From Cyanobacteria bacterium J06626_4 (GTDB taxonomy: Bacteria > Cyanobacteriota > Cyanobacteriia > Phormidesmidales > Phormidesmidaceae): 51,702 nucleotides of DNA. Of this stretch, positions 29,985-39,580 are shown piece after piece; the stretch's first letter is position 1; the number at the start of each line of letters is the position of its first letter. The notes below the pieces were generated by a model, which was not told where the DNA came from, did not search any database, and worked only from the letters and a program-made list of their open reading frames with translations. The translations under genes and the position numbers were made by a program. The stretch covers positions 1 to 51,702 of the forward strand of contig JBCBJQ010000036.1 of NCBI GenBank assembly GCA_038523235.1, read 5' to 3'.

Positions 29985-30090
29985 TAACCTGAGTTCGGGA
30001 TAAGGGCATCAGGCACGCTGACCTGCCGGTTGAGGCAAAAATCTCCTCTCGGGAGAGACACGGGAGTTGGCTTAACCCGCACTGGCGTTA
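29985..30090. mobile_element. MITE-like element bounded by TA with imperfect 20-bp TIRs
   Basis: TAACCTGAGTTCGGGATAAG ... CTTAACCCGCACTGGCGTTA (15/20 inverted match), non-coding, about 106 bp. Confidence 0.6.
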
Positions 30091-30120
30091 CCCAGCCCGA
30101 TCGCCACATGGCCGCGACGA

Positions 30121-30663
30121 TTAGGACGATAGCTGCCGGTTAATCTGCTGCAGATCAAATTTGTCAGGGTCAAAGTCTTCCAGCCAGTCGAGCAGTTCTT
30201 CGTATTCCGGGTCGTCGGGATCATTGAGTCGTTCTAAGAGATCTTCATAGCCCCAAACACCGCCACTATCTTCCGGCGGGCAGGCGCGATCGCCCGCCAA
30301 GCAGAGCGGTGCGGCTGGCTCGTCGGTAACGGGCTGGCTGGCTTCTACGGTGATTTGATGTAGCCAACCATCGCCAAAATCATAGGTGTAGGCAAACTTT
30401 TCATTCACAGAGAATTGAAAGTCGGCCAGCGTTTTAGTCGTGGCATCTAGAGTGCCTTCTAGAGGGGGCGACTCGGGGTTGGCATAGTACTGGCCCCTCA
30501 CTTGAAACTGATGCAGGTGACTATTTTGCCACCCCATCACGGCTTGCAAAATGGGATGCAAGTCGGCCAAGAGCGTGCGATTGCTGACTTGAAACTGTCG
30601 CCAGATGGGGGGATCGCTGTCGACTAACCAAACGTGGCAGGTCAGAACTCGGGAGCTTGCCAT
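30121..30663 (-). CDS. Plasmid pRiA4b ORF-3 family protein
   Basis: PPIWRQFQV, LH.ILQAVMGWQNSHLHQF, YTYDFGDGW.H, CLAGDRACPPEDSGG.WGY. Confidence 0.88.
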   Translation of the reverse strand: MASSRVLTCHVWLVDSDPPIWRQFQVSNRTLLADLHPILQAVMGWQNSHLHQFQVRGQYYANPESPPLEGTLDATTKTLADFQFSVNEKFAYTYDFGDGWLHQITVEASQPVTDEPAAPLCLAGDRACPPEDSGGVWGYEDLLERLNDPDDPEYEELLDWLEDFDPDKFDLQQINRQLSS

Positions 30664-30669
30664 AGAGCC

Positions 30670-32073
30670 TTACAAACTGGAACTGGTGCCGTACTCATCG
30701 AGCCAGTCTTGGCCGAGACGAATCGTGATATCCGAATCGAGAATGCCGGTGCTTTCGACCCGGACTTCCCCTAAGCCTAAAAACCGCTGGAGGGTTTCGG
30801 CGCTGGCCAGATCCCCATTTTGAGCGACGACACGGGTGATGGGCAATTCTTCATTCCAGTCTTCTTCGATGTAGACGTTGTAGTAGCCGCTGTCGTACAG
30901 CGTTTGCACCAGGCTATCCACCGCGATCGCATCGCCAGTGCTGTCTTGAATCGCCACTCGCAAATATTGCGGGTCTTCGGACGCGGCGACCTGCCGGGTG
31001 CCATAGCCAAAATACTCTGACACCATGCCGTCAATCTCGCGCAGATTGGGCAGCCAATAGCTCAGCTCATAATCGCTGGTGCTGCTGAAATCGCCCGGCA
31101 GCATCAACATTTGCGTGTTGTAAGAATTCGTTTTTGAGGCATACCCCGCGAGGGCCAACAGTTCTTCAACGCTGAGGTTCGTGTCCACATGGGACTGAAT
31201 GACCGACAAAATCTTGGGCAGCCGCGCGATCGTTTTCGGATTCAGCGCTTGCTCTAAGACCGCCCGCATCATCATCTGCTGTCGCTGAATCCGCCCAATG
31301 TCGCCGTGGTCGTCATAGCGAAAGCGTAAAAACTGCAGCGCCTTGCTACCATCTAACCGCTGCTCACCGGCCTTGAGATTGATGTAAAGATGCTGGCTGT
31401 CATCCTGATACTTCATGTCTTTGGGGACGTTGACCTCGACCCCACCCAGGGCATCAATGAGCTTCTCGACCCCTTGTACGTTGATGCGAACGTATCGATC
31501 AATTTCGACCCCGCCCAGCAGATCACTTACCGACCGTGCGGAGAGGGCTGGCCCCCCTTGCTGGTTGGCCTCGTTGAGCTTAGTCATACGGCCCTGCACC
31601 AGCGTGCGCGTATCGCGCGGCAGCGAGAGCACTACCAACTGATCAGTATGGGGATTAAAGCGAATCAGCACCATTGTGTCTGACAGCCCGTCAAAGGAGT
31701 TGACCAGCGCGTGATAGCCCAGATCCTGCGCTTCTGGCGGCAGGTCGCTCACGTCGGTGGTGAGCACCTTCATGCCCAAGACCAGAATGTTGACTGGGCG
31801 CGTCAGGCGCGGCACCTGCAGGCTATTGCCTGCGGTAATTGGCTCATCTTGATTAAAGAAGGCTGATTCTTCTTCGGTCAGGCTGCCCTGCAGCAGTGGC
31901 GTACTGTTGAGCGACACCGCCAAAAAAGCCCCGCCAATGGCCGAAGCACTGGCAACGGTCACCAGCGCCACGCCCATCCCTAGCCATTTAGGGATACGAA
32001 AGCGGTGCGATCGCTGAGCAGACGGGTGAGGCTGGTAGTGGCGAATCGGACGAGAGGATTTTTTGTTAGACAC
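30670..32073 (-). CDS. LCP (LytR-CpsA-Psr) family protein with LytR_C domain
   Basis: TM anchor, NILVLG, DGLSDTM, LSLPRDT, FLRFRYD..GDIGRIQRQQ, SDITIRLGQDW; likely GTG start at 32073. Confidence 0.9.
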   Translation of the reverse strand: MSNKKSSRPIRHYQPHPSAQRSHRFRIPKWLGMGVALVTVASASAIGGAFLAVSLNSTPLLQGSLTEEESAFFNQDEPITAGNSLQVPRLTRPVNILVLGMKVLTTDVSDLPPEAQDLGYHALVNSFDGLSDTMVLIRFNPHTDQLVVLSLPRDTRTLVQGRMTKLNEANQQGGPALSARSVSDLLGGVEIDRYVRINVQGVEKLIDALGGVEVNVPKDMKYQDDSQHLYINLKAGEQRLDGSKALQFLRFRYDDHGDIGRIQRQQMMMRAVLEQALNPKTIARLPKILSVIQSHVDTNLSVEELLALAGYASKTNSYNTQMLMLPGDFSSTSDYELSYWLPNLREIDGMVSEYFGYGTRQVAASEDPQYLRVAIQDSTGDAIAVDSLVQTLYDSGYYNVYIEEDWNEELPITRVVAQNGDLASAETLQRFLGLGEVRVESTGILDSDITIRLGQDWLDEYGTSSSL

Positions 32074-32392
32074 GAATGACCTCAAACCACGGAGATTAGG
32101 CAATAGCGGCAGACCACAACTCAGTGGCCTTAACCGACGACATCAAGATGCTAGCCCCAAACAGGGGGGGCCCTGGTTCAAAAATCAGTACAATTGTTTC
32201 ATACTTGTCGATTTTAAGGAACCGGGCGTTGGCTGTTGGAAAAGGGAGCGATCGCCTTGGCTGTTCATCTTAAGTGGCTGAAATAGTAACAGCTTTTTTC
32301 GCGAATGAACCCCATGCCAGCAGGCATTTTGCCCTGAAATCATCCGTATTGTAGTGACGAATCGAAAAGTTGCTACAGATTGCCGCCTTTTT

Positions 32393-32752
32393 TCACGGCA
32401 GGCGATCGCCAAGTTTGCTCAGGCCGGGCAGGCGAGGACTGCCCCCCTGCAGGAGGCGCAGCATCAGCCAAAAACTGGTCATAAAGTATCCTGTCGTGGC
32501 CAGTAGGTTGGTCACCAGCAGCCGAGTTGAAACCACATCCGCGGCTTGACTGCCCGCTGTCGTGAGCAGCGACAGCATTACCCAGGCGAGCGCTAAGGTC
32601 ACTGCCGTCTTGCTCACAGTGGTTTCTCGCCGTGTGCCCTGCTTAAAATACAAACTCCACAACGCTGGGAAGAAGCCAAAGATCGGCACTAGGTAGATGA
32701 CAAGCTTTAATGTCTCAAGCTTGGTCTCAGGATCTGATTGCTGCGCGCGCAT
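32393..32752 (-). CDS. Conserved small membrane protein
   Basis: IYLVPIFGFFPALWSLY, three hydrophobic segments, RLPGLS C-terminus. Confidence 0.7.
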   Translation of the reverse strand: MRAQQSDPETKLETLKLVIYLVPIFGFFPALWSLYFKQGTRRETTVSKTAVTLALAWVMLSLLTTAGSQAADVVSTRLLVTNLLATTGYFMTSFWLMLRLLQGGSPRLPGLSKLGDRLP

Positions 32753-33046
32753 AGCCGATAGCCCGTGAGGAACGATTGCAGTAAAGCTAGGCTAGCAAAC
32801 CTCCTTGCCCTCAGTCGCGATCGGCGACAACAATTCACGGCGGGAGGCTACAAAAACAGCCTCTGGATGCTTAAATGCAGGGGTAGCCGCTGGATCAACA
32901 AGTTCTATCCTCGTGGCTTTCAACACAGTTGTTTCTAATTTTTCTGGTATATTGATGCCGAAAAATAAAGATACCTGCTCGAGTTCAAGGAGCCATTTAC
33001 ATCGCGAGTATGCTGCCTGACGACGCTGATTTTTAGGAGCCTTTAA

Positions 33047-33871
33047 ATGGAAGATCTTGGCCTCAATAATTATCTTGTAGTGATTCAAGATTTGGTAACC
33101 CGCTTTGGCCTCAACCTGCTGGCCGCGATCGTCATTTTCTTCATCGGTCAGTGGATCGCCACCTTTGTGCGGCGGTTAGTCCGCGGGCTTATGAGCAAAG
33201 CCAATGTAGATCCGACTCTCGCATCTTTTGTGGGGAACTTGACGTACTACAGCATCCTCGCTTTTGCCGTGATTGCCGCCCTGAATCGACTCGGCGTGCA
33301 AACGGCTTCCCTGATTGCGATTTTGGGGGCGGCTGGCTTGGCGGTTGGGCTCGCCCTGCAGGGCTCCCTAGCGAATTTTGCGGCGGGCGTGTTGATCATT
33401 ATTTTTCGGCCTTTTAACGTCGGCGATCTGATCGAAGCCGCTGACGTATTAGGGGAGGTGTTAGACATTCAGCTCTTCACCACGACCCTCGCCACCTTAG
33501 ACAACAAACAAGTGATTGTGCCGAACTCGAGTCTGACAGGCAGCAATATTATCAACTACACCGTCCGCGGTAAGCTGCGAGTTGATACGGTGATTGGGGT
33601 AGCTTACGAAGCCGATATTGACCAGGTAAGGCAGGTCATTTCTGAGGTGCTAGAGAGTGACCCGCTAGTCTTACAAGAGCCGACCCCGACGATCGCGGTG
33701 ATGGAGTTGGGTGACAGTAGCGTTAATTTTGCGGTGCGTCCGTGGGCCAAGCCAGAAGATTACTGGTCGGTTTATTTCAACGTTCACGAAAATGTCAAGA
33801 AGAAGTTAGATGCCGCCGGTATTTCCATTCCTTTCCCGCAGAGAGATGTGCATCTGATTCAAAACAACTGA
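33047..33871 (+). CDS. mscS: Small-conductance mechanosensitive channel
   Basis: AGGAG RBS; GAAGLAVGLALQGSLANFAAG, PFNVGDLIE, VIVPNS, GISIPFPQRDVH. Confidence 0.92.
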   Translation: MEDLGLNNYLVVIQDLVTRFGLNLLAAIVIFFIGQWIATFVRRLVRGLMSKANVDPTLASFVGNLTYYSILAFAVIAALNRLGVQTASLIAILGAAGLAVGLALQGSLANFAAGVLIIIFRPFNVGDLIEAADVLGEVLDIQLFTTTLATLDNKQVIVPNSSLTGSNIINYTVRGKLRVDTVIGVAYEADIDQVRQVISEVLESDPLVLQEPTPTIAVMELGDSSVNFAVRPWAKPEDYWSVYFNVHENVKKKLDAAGISIPFPQRDVHLIQNN

Positions 33872-34080
33872 GCCACTCTCGCGTGGCATCAAACGTATTT
33901 TTGAGCACATATCAGGAGCGACTTTGTAGTTCTTGGCGCGTGATGTTTGAGAGGTTGAAAATTATTCATCAGCATCCAGATCAGGGGCTCAAAGATAGCG
34001 TCCAGATGGCTAGGTCTTGGCACTGTCAAACCCATCAAAAACTGTTCGATTCCGGAGCAGAAAATAGACTGCAGCATCAA

Positions 34081-34127
34081 GCTATGGTCTCTAAATTAGA
34101 TGACTTTACTGGTTTAGAGACCGTAGC
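34081..34127 (+). other. 19-bp stem-loop between the convergent mscS and aminopeptidase genes
   Basis: GCTATGGTCTCTAAATTAG / CTGGTTTAGAGACCGTAGC with a 9-nt loop; all three non-Watson-Crick positions are U-G wobbles on the + strand. Confidence 0.55.
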
Positions 34128-34222
34128 CACCTGAAAGTAGGGTATGCCATCGCCTAGCGTGAAGCACCCAAGCCGGCCATGGCGGTGAGTTGAGCGATCG
34201 CCGCAGCACTTTGACGGCCTTG

Positions 34223-35581
34223 TCATTTGGTGGATTGGGCAAACTCTTGTCGAATCAGCTCAAAAATCGCTCTCATCCCCATCGCTTCGCCCCCCTCAGG
34301 GCGGCCCGGCAGGTTACGGACATTCCAAGCCATGACGTCAATATGAATCCAAGTCGTTTCGGGCTTGACGAATTCTTGCAGAAATAGGGCGGCGGTGATT
34401 GCACCGCCAAAGGAACCGCTGGAAATGTTGGAGAGGTCAGCAACTTTGCTGCTGAGCAAATCGCGATAGGGACGGTGGAGCGGCAAATTCCACAGGGGAT
34501 CGGTGGCCGCCGCCATCGCCGTTTCTAACGATTGAACGATTTTGGACTGATTGCTAAAAAAGGCCGGTAGTTCAGTGCCTAAGGCAACGCGGGCGGCCCC
34601 CGTCAAGGTCGCAAAATCCACCAAGAGCTCAGGCTGCTCGCCACTGGCTTCCCACAGAGCATCCGCTAACACGAGGCGACCCTCAGCATCAGTGTTGCCG
34701 ACTTCGACAGTGATGCCTTTGCGGGTTGGCAGCACGTCTAACGGGCGCATGGCGTTGCCCGCGACGCTATTCTCAACGGCGGGAATCAAAACTCGCAAGT
34801 AGACGGGGAGATGGAGCTTCATGATCATGGTGGCCACGCCTAAAACCTGAGCCGCCCCCCCCATATCTTTTTTCATCATCAGCATGCCTTTGGCGGATTT
34901 GAGATCTAACCCGCCGGAGTCAAAGCAGACGCCTTTGCCCACCAGCGTGACTTTGGGGGCATCGACATCGCCCCAGCGCAGATCGATCAAGCAGGGGGGC
35001 GTGTTGCTAGCCTTGCCCACGGCGTAGATCATCGGATAGTTTTGGGCTTCTAAATCGGGGCCCTGAGTGACGGTCACGTCAGCGTCATAGGTGACGGCCA
35101 ACACGCGAGCCGCCTCGGCCAAGTCGCTAGGCCCCATATCGTTGGCGGGGGTATTGACTAGGTCGCGGGCTAAAAACGTGGCTTCTACGGCGGCTTCAAC
35201 ATAAGCGAGGTCAGCTTCGGCGGGCACCGCTAGCTCAGCGATCGCGCCGGGTTGAGTTTGCTTATAGCGATGAAAGCGATACTGACCAAGTCGCCATCCC
35301 AGGGTGATTGCAGTGGCTTCAGCGGGCGTCAGCTCACTGGCTAGGGCGTACTGGCCCGCCGGTAGCTGCTGCGCCACCGTGCCCAACAGCCAAAGGCTAA
35401 GCGTTTTACCGCGTCCGACGAGAACCTTGGCTAGGCGCTGATCGGGGCCGGGGAGCAGGCAAAACGTCCCGGGCTCTGCCTTGAAACCGGTAGCCTCGAT
35501 CCAGCCTTTTTCTGCTGGAAAATCTTGCGCTAATTGCTCGGCAGTAACCAGCAGAATCGGGATGGGCATAGAAGATGACAT
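34223..35581 (-). CDS. Leucyl aminopeptidase family (M17) protein
   Basis: LVGKGVCFDSGGLDLK, MKKDMGGAA, EVGNTDAEGRLVLADAL, DFATLTGA, GAITAALFL. Confidence 0.93.
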   Translation of the reverse strand: MSSSMPIPILLVTAEQLAQDFPAEKGWIEATGFKAEPGTFCLLPGPDQRLAKVLVGRGKTLSLWLLGTVAQQLPAGQYALASELTPAEATAITLGWRLGQYRFHRYKQTQPGAIAELAVPAEADLAYVEAAVEATFLARDLVNTPANDMGPSDLAEAARVLAVTYDADVTVTQGPDLEAQNYPMIYAVGKASNTPPCLIDLRWGDVDAPKVTLVGKGVCFDSGGLDLKSAKGMLMMKKDMGGAAQVLGVATMIMKLHLPVYLRVLIPAVENSVAGNAMRPLDVLPTRKGITVEVGNTDAEGRLVLADALWEASGEQPELLVDFATLTGAARVALGTELPAFFSNQSKIVQSLETAMAAATDPLWNLPLHRPYRDLLSSKVADLSNISSGSFGGAITAALFLQEFVKPETTWIHIDVMAWNVRNLPGRPEGGEAMGMRAIFELIRQEFAQSTK

Positions 35582-35703
35582 GCGTATATGGGCTCAAAAG
35601 GCAATTTGCCCCCGCCTTGCCGCTATTGAGTTGACCGCGTCAGTCGGGGCAGCGCGATCGCCCCACCTGAGCCTTTCAGTTGAATCAATACTGGCGCAAC
35701 AGG

Positions 35704-35910
35704 ATGACCTGGCTAGTGTATCGCTCTTTGTCTGCGTTATCCCGGCTCATCTGCATTGGGGATAACCCGCGCTTTGTAGTGATCACGCAATGGTGGACTG
35801 AGCCGCTCGGCGAGGGAATGAAGACCGCCGCGATCGCCCTGCGAGAATATTTTTTGCCGACTGGGTCGGGAGCTAACCGGCTGCCAGCGTCAGCAACCGA
35901 AGTGTCTTAA
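35704..35910 (+). CDS. Possible small hypothetical protein
   Basis: ATG preceded by AGG, 68 codons, ends just before a hairpin; no recognisable motif. Confidence 0.3.
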   Translation: MTWLVYRSLSALSRLICIGDNPRFVVITQWWTEPLGEGMKTAAIALREYFLPTGSGANRLPASATEVS

Positions 35911-35914
35911 CGCA

Positions 35915-35946
35915 TAATAAAAGCCCCCGCCAAATTGGCGAGGGCT
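35915..35946 (-). terminator. Rho-independent terminator downstream of the PPC-TPR gene
   Basis: Minus strand AGCCCTCGCCAA-T-TTGGCGGGGGCT followed by TTTATTAT. Confidence 0.65.
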
Positions 35947-36035
35947 AGAAATCAGGGTGCATCTACCATTCCTCTCTACTGAGATTGCGCCCTGCGTCCG
36001 GATAAAATCATCCCCATATTTGCCAACGGGTCAGA

Positions 36036-36779
36036 CTAGCGGGGGCCACCGCCCTCAGGGCCAGGAAACTCACCGGTTTCAATAAATTGGATTTGCTCTC
36101 GCAAAGACTGAGCGGTGAACGGATCGCCTTCGGCTTCGTAGAGTTCTGCCGCTCTGGCGAAGTCAGCCACGATCGCCTCCCGCACCTCGGGCGCTAAGTC
36201 GGTGGGGTCTTCCAAAAATTCACCCTGGGCTTCGAGCGCGAGCTGAGCCTGACCAAAGTAGGCATCGGCCCGGCCTAAGAAAGCTTCAGGGTTGCTGTCA
36301 TCCAGCTCGATCGCATCAGAATAGGATGCGATCGCCCCTTCATAATCCTGGTTTTCAATACTGACTTGAGCTTGGCTAAATGCCACCTCATAGTCGGTGG
36401 CGGTGCGCACCTCAATTGCAAAGTCGCCGCCTTGACCATCAAACGACTTGGCCACAATGGTGTAACTACCTGCCGCCTCGGCATTGTAGACAATCCGCGA
36501 ATTCAAAGTGCTGCCAAAATCATCATTAAAGGCAACCTCTTCGCCAGCGGGGCCGATCAGCGTCAGCACCGTATCAAAATCTTCGCTAGTCATGATGATC
36601 GCCACGACATCCCCAGCTTCCATGTCTAAGGGATATTCTTCTAAGGCTGGGACGATCGTACCCTGCTCTTCAAATATCGTTTGGGCATTCGCCACACTGG
36701 CAGTTCCCACCAAACCTGCCCCTAAAATTGTGAGAACTGCAGCCAAAGGCCCAACAGTTCTAGAAAATAAGTGCTTCAT
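36036..36779 (-). CDS. Secreted protein with a PPC (pre-peptidase C-terminal) domain and TPR
   Basis: Signal peptide ending ANA; SEDFDTVLTL..P.GE.VAFNDD...NSRI; TPR YEGAIASYSDAIELDDSNPEAFLGRADAY. Confidence 0.8.
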   Translation of the reverse strand: MKHLFSRTVGPLAAVLTILGAGLVGTASVANAQTIFEEQGTIVPALEEYPLDMEAGDVVAIIMTSEDFDTVLTLIGPAGEEVAFNDDFGSTLNSRIVYNAEAAGSYTIVAKSFDGQGGDFAIEVRTATDYEVAFSQAQVSIENQDYEGAIASYSDAIELDDSNPEAFLGRADAYFGQAQLALEAQGEFLEDPTDLAPEVREAIVADFARAAELYEAEGDPFTAQSLREQIQFIETGEFPGPEGGGPR

Positions 36780-37178
36780 TTTGAATGTCCTTGTCTAACC
36801 ACAGTCAGGGTATCGAGTAATCTGCCCTTCAGCCCCGTCTATTATGCCGCTTGTTCAACCCAAACAAACGTCCGTAGCACACCCCCACACCAGGATGACG
36901 GCATCACCAGCCTAGAAGATCTAGATGTTGTCTTGATCGTGCCAGTTCCCGTTGGGCATAACTAAACCCTACCGAAGGTTAACCAGACCGCTGCCACAGG
37001 CTCACGTCTGGTGGTCACAACTTAGTCACTAATGAACCGATTAGCCGACTGGCCGCCCCGTTTCATTCTCGTCCCCTTCCCCCTTTACCTGGTGAGGAAG
37101 GATGACGCTGGCGATTCAATCAGGGTAAGCTCTTACCAAAACCTAGATACTATTTCAGTCAATAAGTCTATAAATCGC

Positions 37179-37219
37179 GTATATTTTGTTACATAAGTTT
37201 GCGTTGATCCTGGCACAAT
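37179..37219 (+). promoter_or_regulatory. Candidate NtcA-activated promoter
   Basis: GTA-TATTTTGT-TAC(A) at 37179-37192, then TGGCACAAT (-10-like CACAAT) 21 nt downstream. Confidence 0.4.
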
Positions 37220-37274
37220 TGGCTGAGCCATGTGGGTATTTGCTAACGACATTCTTAAAAACAAGGAGGCTGTG

Positions 37275-37481
37275 ATGGCTGAAATTCCTAAAGGCGGTCA
37301 AATGCTCTGGAAATTGGTGGGCGACGATCGCGTGTTGCACCTACGCCATAATCCCTCTGAGCCTTGGCGTTACTACGAAGAGTTTCCAGAGTACGTTCAG
37401 CCCGATCCTCAAGGGTTTTCCCAGGGGATTGCGACCTTCATGGCGTTACTCAAGCAAGAGTGGACGACCTTCAAGTCTTAA
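37275..37481 (+). CDS. Small hypothetical protein (68 aa)
   Basis: Strong AAGGAGG RBS before ATG 37275; aromatic-rich, globular-looking sequence. Confidence 0.7.
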   Translation: MAEIPKGGQMLWKLVGDDRVLHLRHNPSEPWRYYEEFPEYVQPDPQGFSQGIATFMALLKQEWTTFKS

Positions 37482-37559
37482 GCTGAGCGCGCTTTACTCT
37501 CTGGGTATGCCGCTTGATCCAGACGGTTGCTTAGGCGATAAACCGTTAGTTGATCAATA

Positions 37560-37826
37560 ATGTGCCTGCCACTTTCAGACAACGCTCAAACTAATTGGCA
37601 ACGCTTAGATGCGATGAGCGATCAAGCCATCGATTTATCGGACTGCCCAGAGGTAACACCAGACATATTTGCCAAAGCAGTTGTGTGGCGGTCTCTGCCA
37701 TCGACAGGGGCGACTTCTCAAGTTAAGCTTTGCATCGATAGCGATGTACTGAATTGATTCAAGTCTAAGCGGCAGGGCTATTAAACGCAGATAAATCAAC
37801 TGCTGCGGGCGTATATCATCACCTAA
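37560..37826 (+). pseudogene. BrnA-type (DUF4415) antitoxin pseudogene
   Basis: TNWQRLDAMSD..IDLSDCPEVT...V.L.IDSDVLN*FKS..QGY*TQINQLLRAY; premature stops at 37755 and 37782 where W and Q are expected. Confidence 0.8.
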
Positions 37827-38024
37827 ACAGCAACGCCGTGAGAGGTCACTTAGCAAACCCAAGATTCAGGCTTTATCCATAGACGATAGACAAATCTTGA
37901 ACAGATTTAGCTGACTTTAAGGCTGGATTAGATTAAACCCAACCCATCGAAGCTGCTGAGAGGGTGACTAGCGTAAGATCGTTAGCACATCAACTAATTG
38001 ACTTAGGAGTAAGTTTGCGACGCA

Positions 38025-38492
38025 ATGCCTGATTCGTCTTCAAAGGCCGATTTTCTTCAGCAATGGCATCATGCTCTCGCACCTTACAACATCGGGTACA
38101 AGGTCAAACTAGTGTCCCAATTGATGTATCGAGATTTCCTAGAGCGATTAGAGCCATATGGGCTGACTCCATTCCACTACCTCGTTCTATGTTGCTTGTG
38201 GGAGGAGGACGGTCTTTCAACGTCTGGAATTGCCGATAAGCTCAAACAGTTGGGAGCAACCCTAACCGGAGTCGTTGATCGGATGGAAGGTCGCAACCTT
38301 GTCTATCGAGAGCGTGATCCTGATGATCGCCGAGTCATTCGCATCTGGCTAACTAATGAAGGCAAGCAGTTGAGGGGAACCCTTCCGTCTGTTGGTGCGG
38401 AGACGATTGAGCGAGCCACCGCAGGCATTTCCAAGGCAGATCGGGAAGTTCTTTCAAAGCTATTGGAGCAAATCGTCCACAACATGGCCTGA
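38025..38492 (+). CDS. MarR family transcriptional regulator
   Basis: LEPYGLTP, ATLTGVVDRME..LVYRERDPDDRRVIRIWLT.EG. Confidence 0.92.
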   Translation: MPDSSSKADFLQQWHHALAPYNIGYKVKLVSQLMYRDFLERLEPYGLTPFHYLVLCCLWEEDGLSTSGIADKLKQLGATLTGVVDRMEGRNLVYRERDPDDRRVIRIWLTNEGKQLRGTLPSVGAETIERATAGISKADREVLSKLLEQIVHNMA

Positions 38493-38540
38493 TTGTTTCA
38501 GCGATTAGAGCTAGAGTCATAGCAATTACTTAATGTATTG

Positions 38541-38575
38541 ACTGTTTGTACGCTGACTGTTAGCGTATTGATTGA
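38541..38575. promoter_or_regulatory. Candidate MarR operator
   Basis: Near-perfect palindrome TACGCTGAC-T-GTTAGCGTA (38549-38567) with a TGACTGTT direct repeat, between marR and its downstream gene. Confidence 0.5.
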
Positions 38576-38645
38576 ATATCGGCTCTACTCTCAAGCAGGG
38601 TTAGGGCTGGTGCGACTCGCAGAAAACCTGGTGCCGGAGTAAATC

Positions 38646-39176
38646 ATGCCGAAGATAAGTATTCAGCAGAAAAACTGGTTGCTGACCACCCACGTTGGAT
38701 TTGCGGCGCTTTGGAGTGGAGCCGTCTTGAGTATGTTTCTTTTGTCCCTGCGAAATACAAAAGCCTTAAATGCGGAGGCCCTTTATGCGCTTAACTCGGC
38801 GATTACCCTACTGGATGATTTCATTGTGATTCCCGCTGCAATTGGTTCAGTGCTGACAGCAACGTTACTCTGCTGGACAACTAACTACGGGTTCACTAAG
38901 TTTTACTGGGTTATCTCAAAATGGTTTCTGACGACTGCACTAGTCGTATTTGGCACGTTTTGGCTATTTCCTTGGGGAAATGGAGCAGAAGAAATCTCTG
39001 CGCAAGAAGGTTTGCAAGCGTTCACTAATCCTGTCTACTTGTTTAATGCCAAAGGAGTTTTAGTCGGTACTTTAGTTCAGGTTCTCTTTCTTGTCGTCAT
39101 CATCGGCATCTCAGTGCTCAAGCCTTGGGGTAGGAGAGCAAGTCCCGTCAAAAAACAAACCAACACTAGTGATTAG
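38646..39176 (+). CDS. DUF2269-like four-TM membrane protein
   Basis: LLTTHV...WSG, DDFIVIP, YGFTKFYWVISKW, ISVLKPWG. Confidence 0.75.
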   Translation: MPKISIQQKNWLLTTHVGFAALWSGAVLSMFLLSLRNTKALNAEALYALNSAITLLDDFIVIPAAIGSVLTATLLCWTTNYGFTKFYWVISKWFLTTALVVFGTFWLFPWGNGAEEISAQEGLQAFTNPVYLFNAKGVLVGTLVQVLFLVVIIGISVLKPWGRRASPVKKQTNTSD

Positions 39177-39309
39177 AGGCTATCGACCATGTAACAACTT
39201 GCTTGGAGCTGACTGCCTAAAGATTTTAAGACATCGAAAAGAATTGTTCAGCGGCTCCAGCCATCTGTTATGTGAAGGCAATCTTAAGAGATCGCTATCG
39301 AAATTGCTT

Positions 39310-39537
39310 CTACCCGGCATAAGAATCGGCATTGGGAAGCTCACTTTTCAAGAGCTTGGGATTGACTTGCTGGAGGGATGGGTAAAACATCTCTAGTTCT
39401 GATTGAGCGGCGGCGGTGGTGACGTGTTCAAACAGGTTGGTCTGGAGGGACTGCTCGATGATGGGGGCGGGGGCTATCCATGTATTGAGCACCGAATTCG
39501 GCGGCGGCGGTGGGGTTTTGCTGAATCCAGTCGAGGG
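39310..39537 (-). pseudogene. Frameshifted 3' fragment of a second copy of the ABC substrate-binding gene
   Basis: Aligns with 43990-44214 at roughly 85-90% by hand count, with one indel near 39474; encodes IIEQSLQTNLFEHV...LQQVNPKLLK.ELPNAD. Confidence 0.85.
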
Positions 39538-39580
39538 GACAACCAAGGGGGTGGGGCAGTGCCCACCACTTCTATTTCAG

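Noticed and set aside
30121..30663. pRiA4b ORF-3 gene as evidence of an integrated plasmid or IS1096
   Set aside because: No transposase or rep gene nearby; it is HIP1-containing and only 6 bp downstream of the LCP gene, consistent with a resident chromosomal gene.
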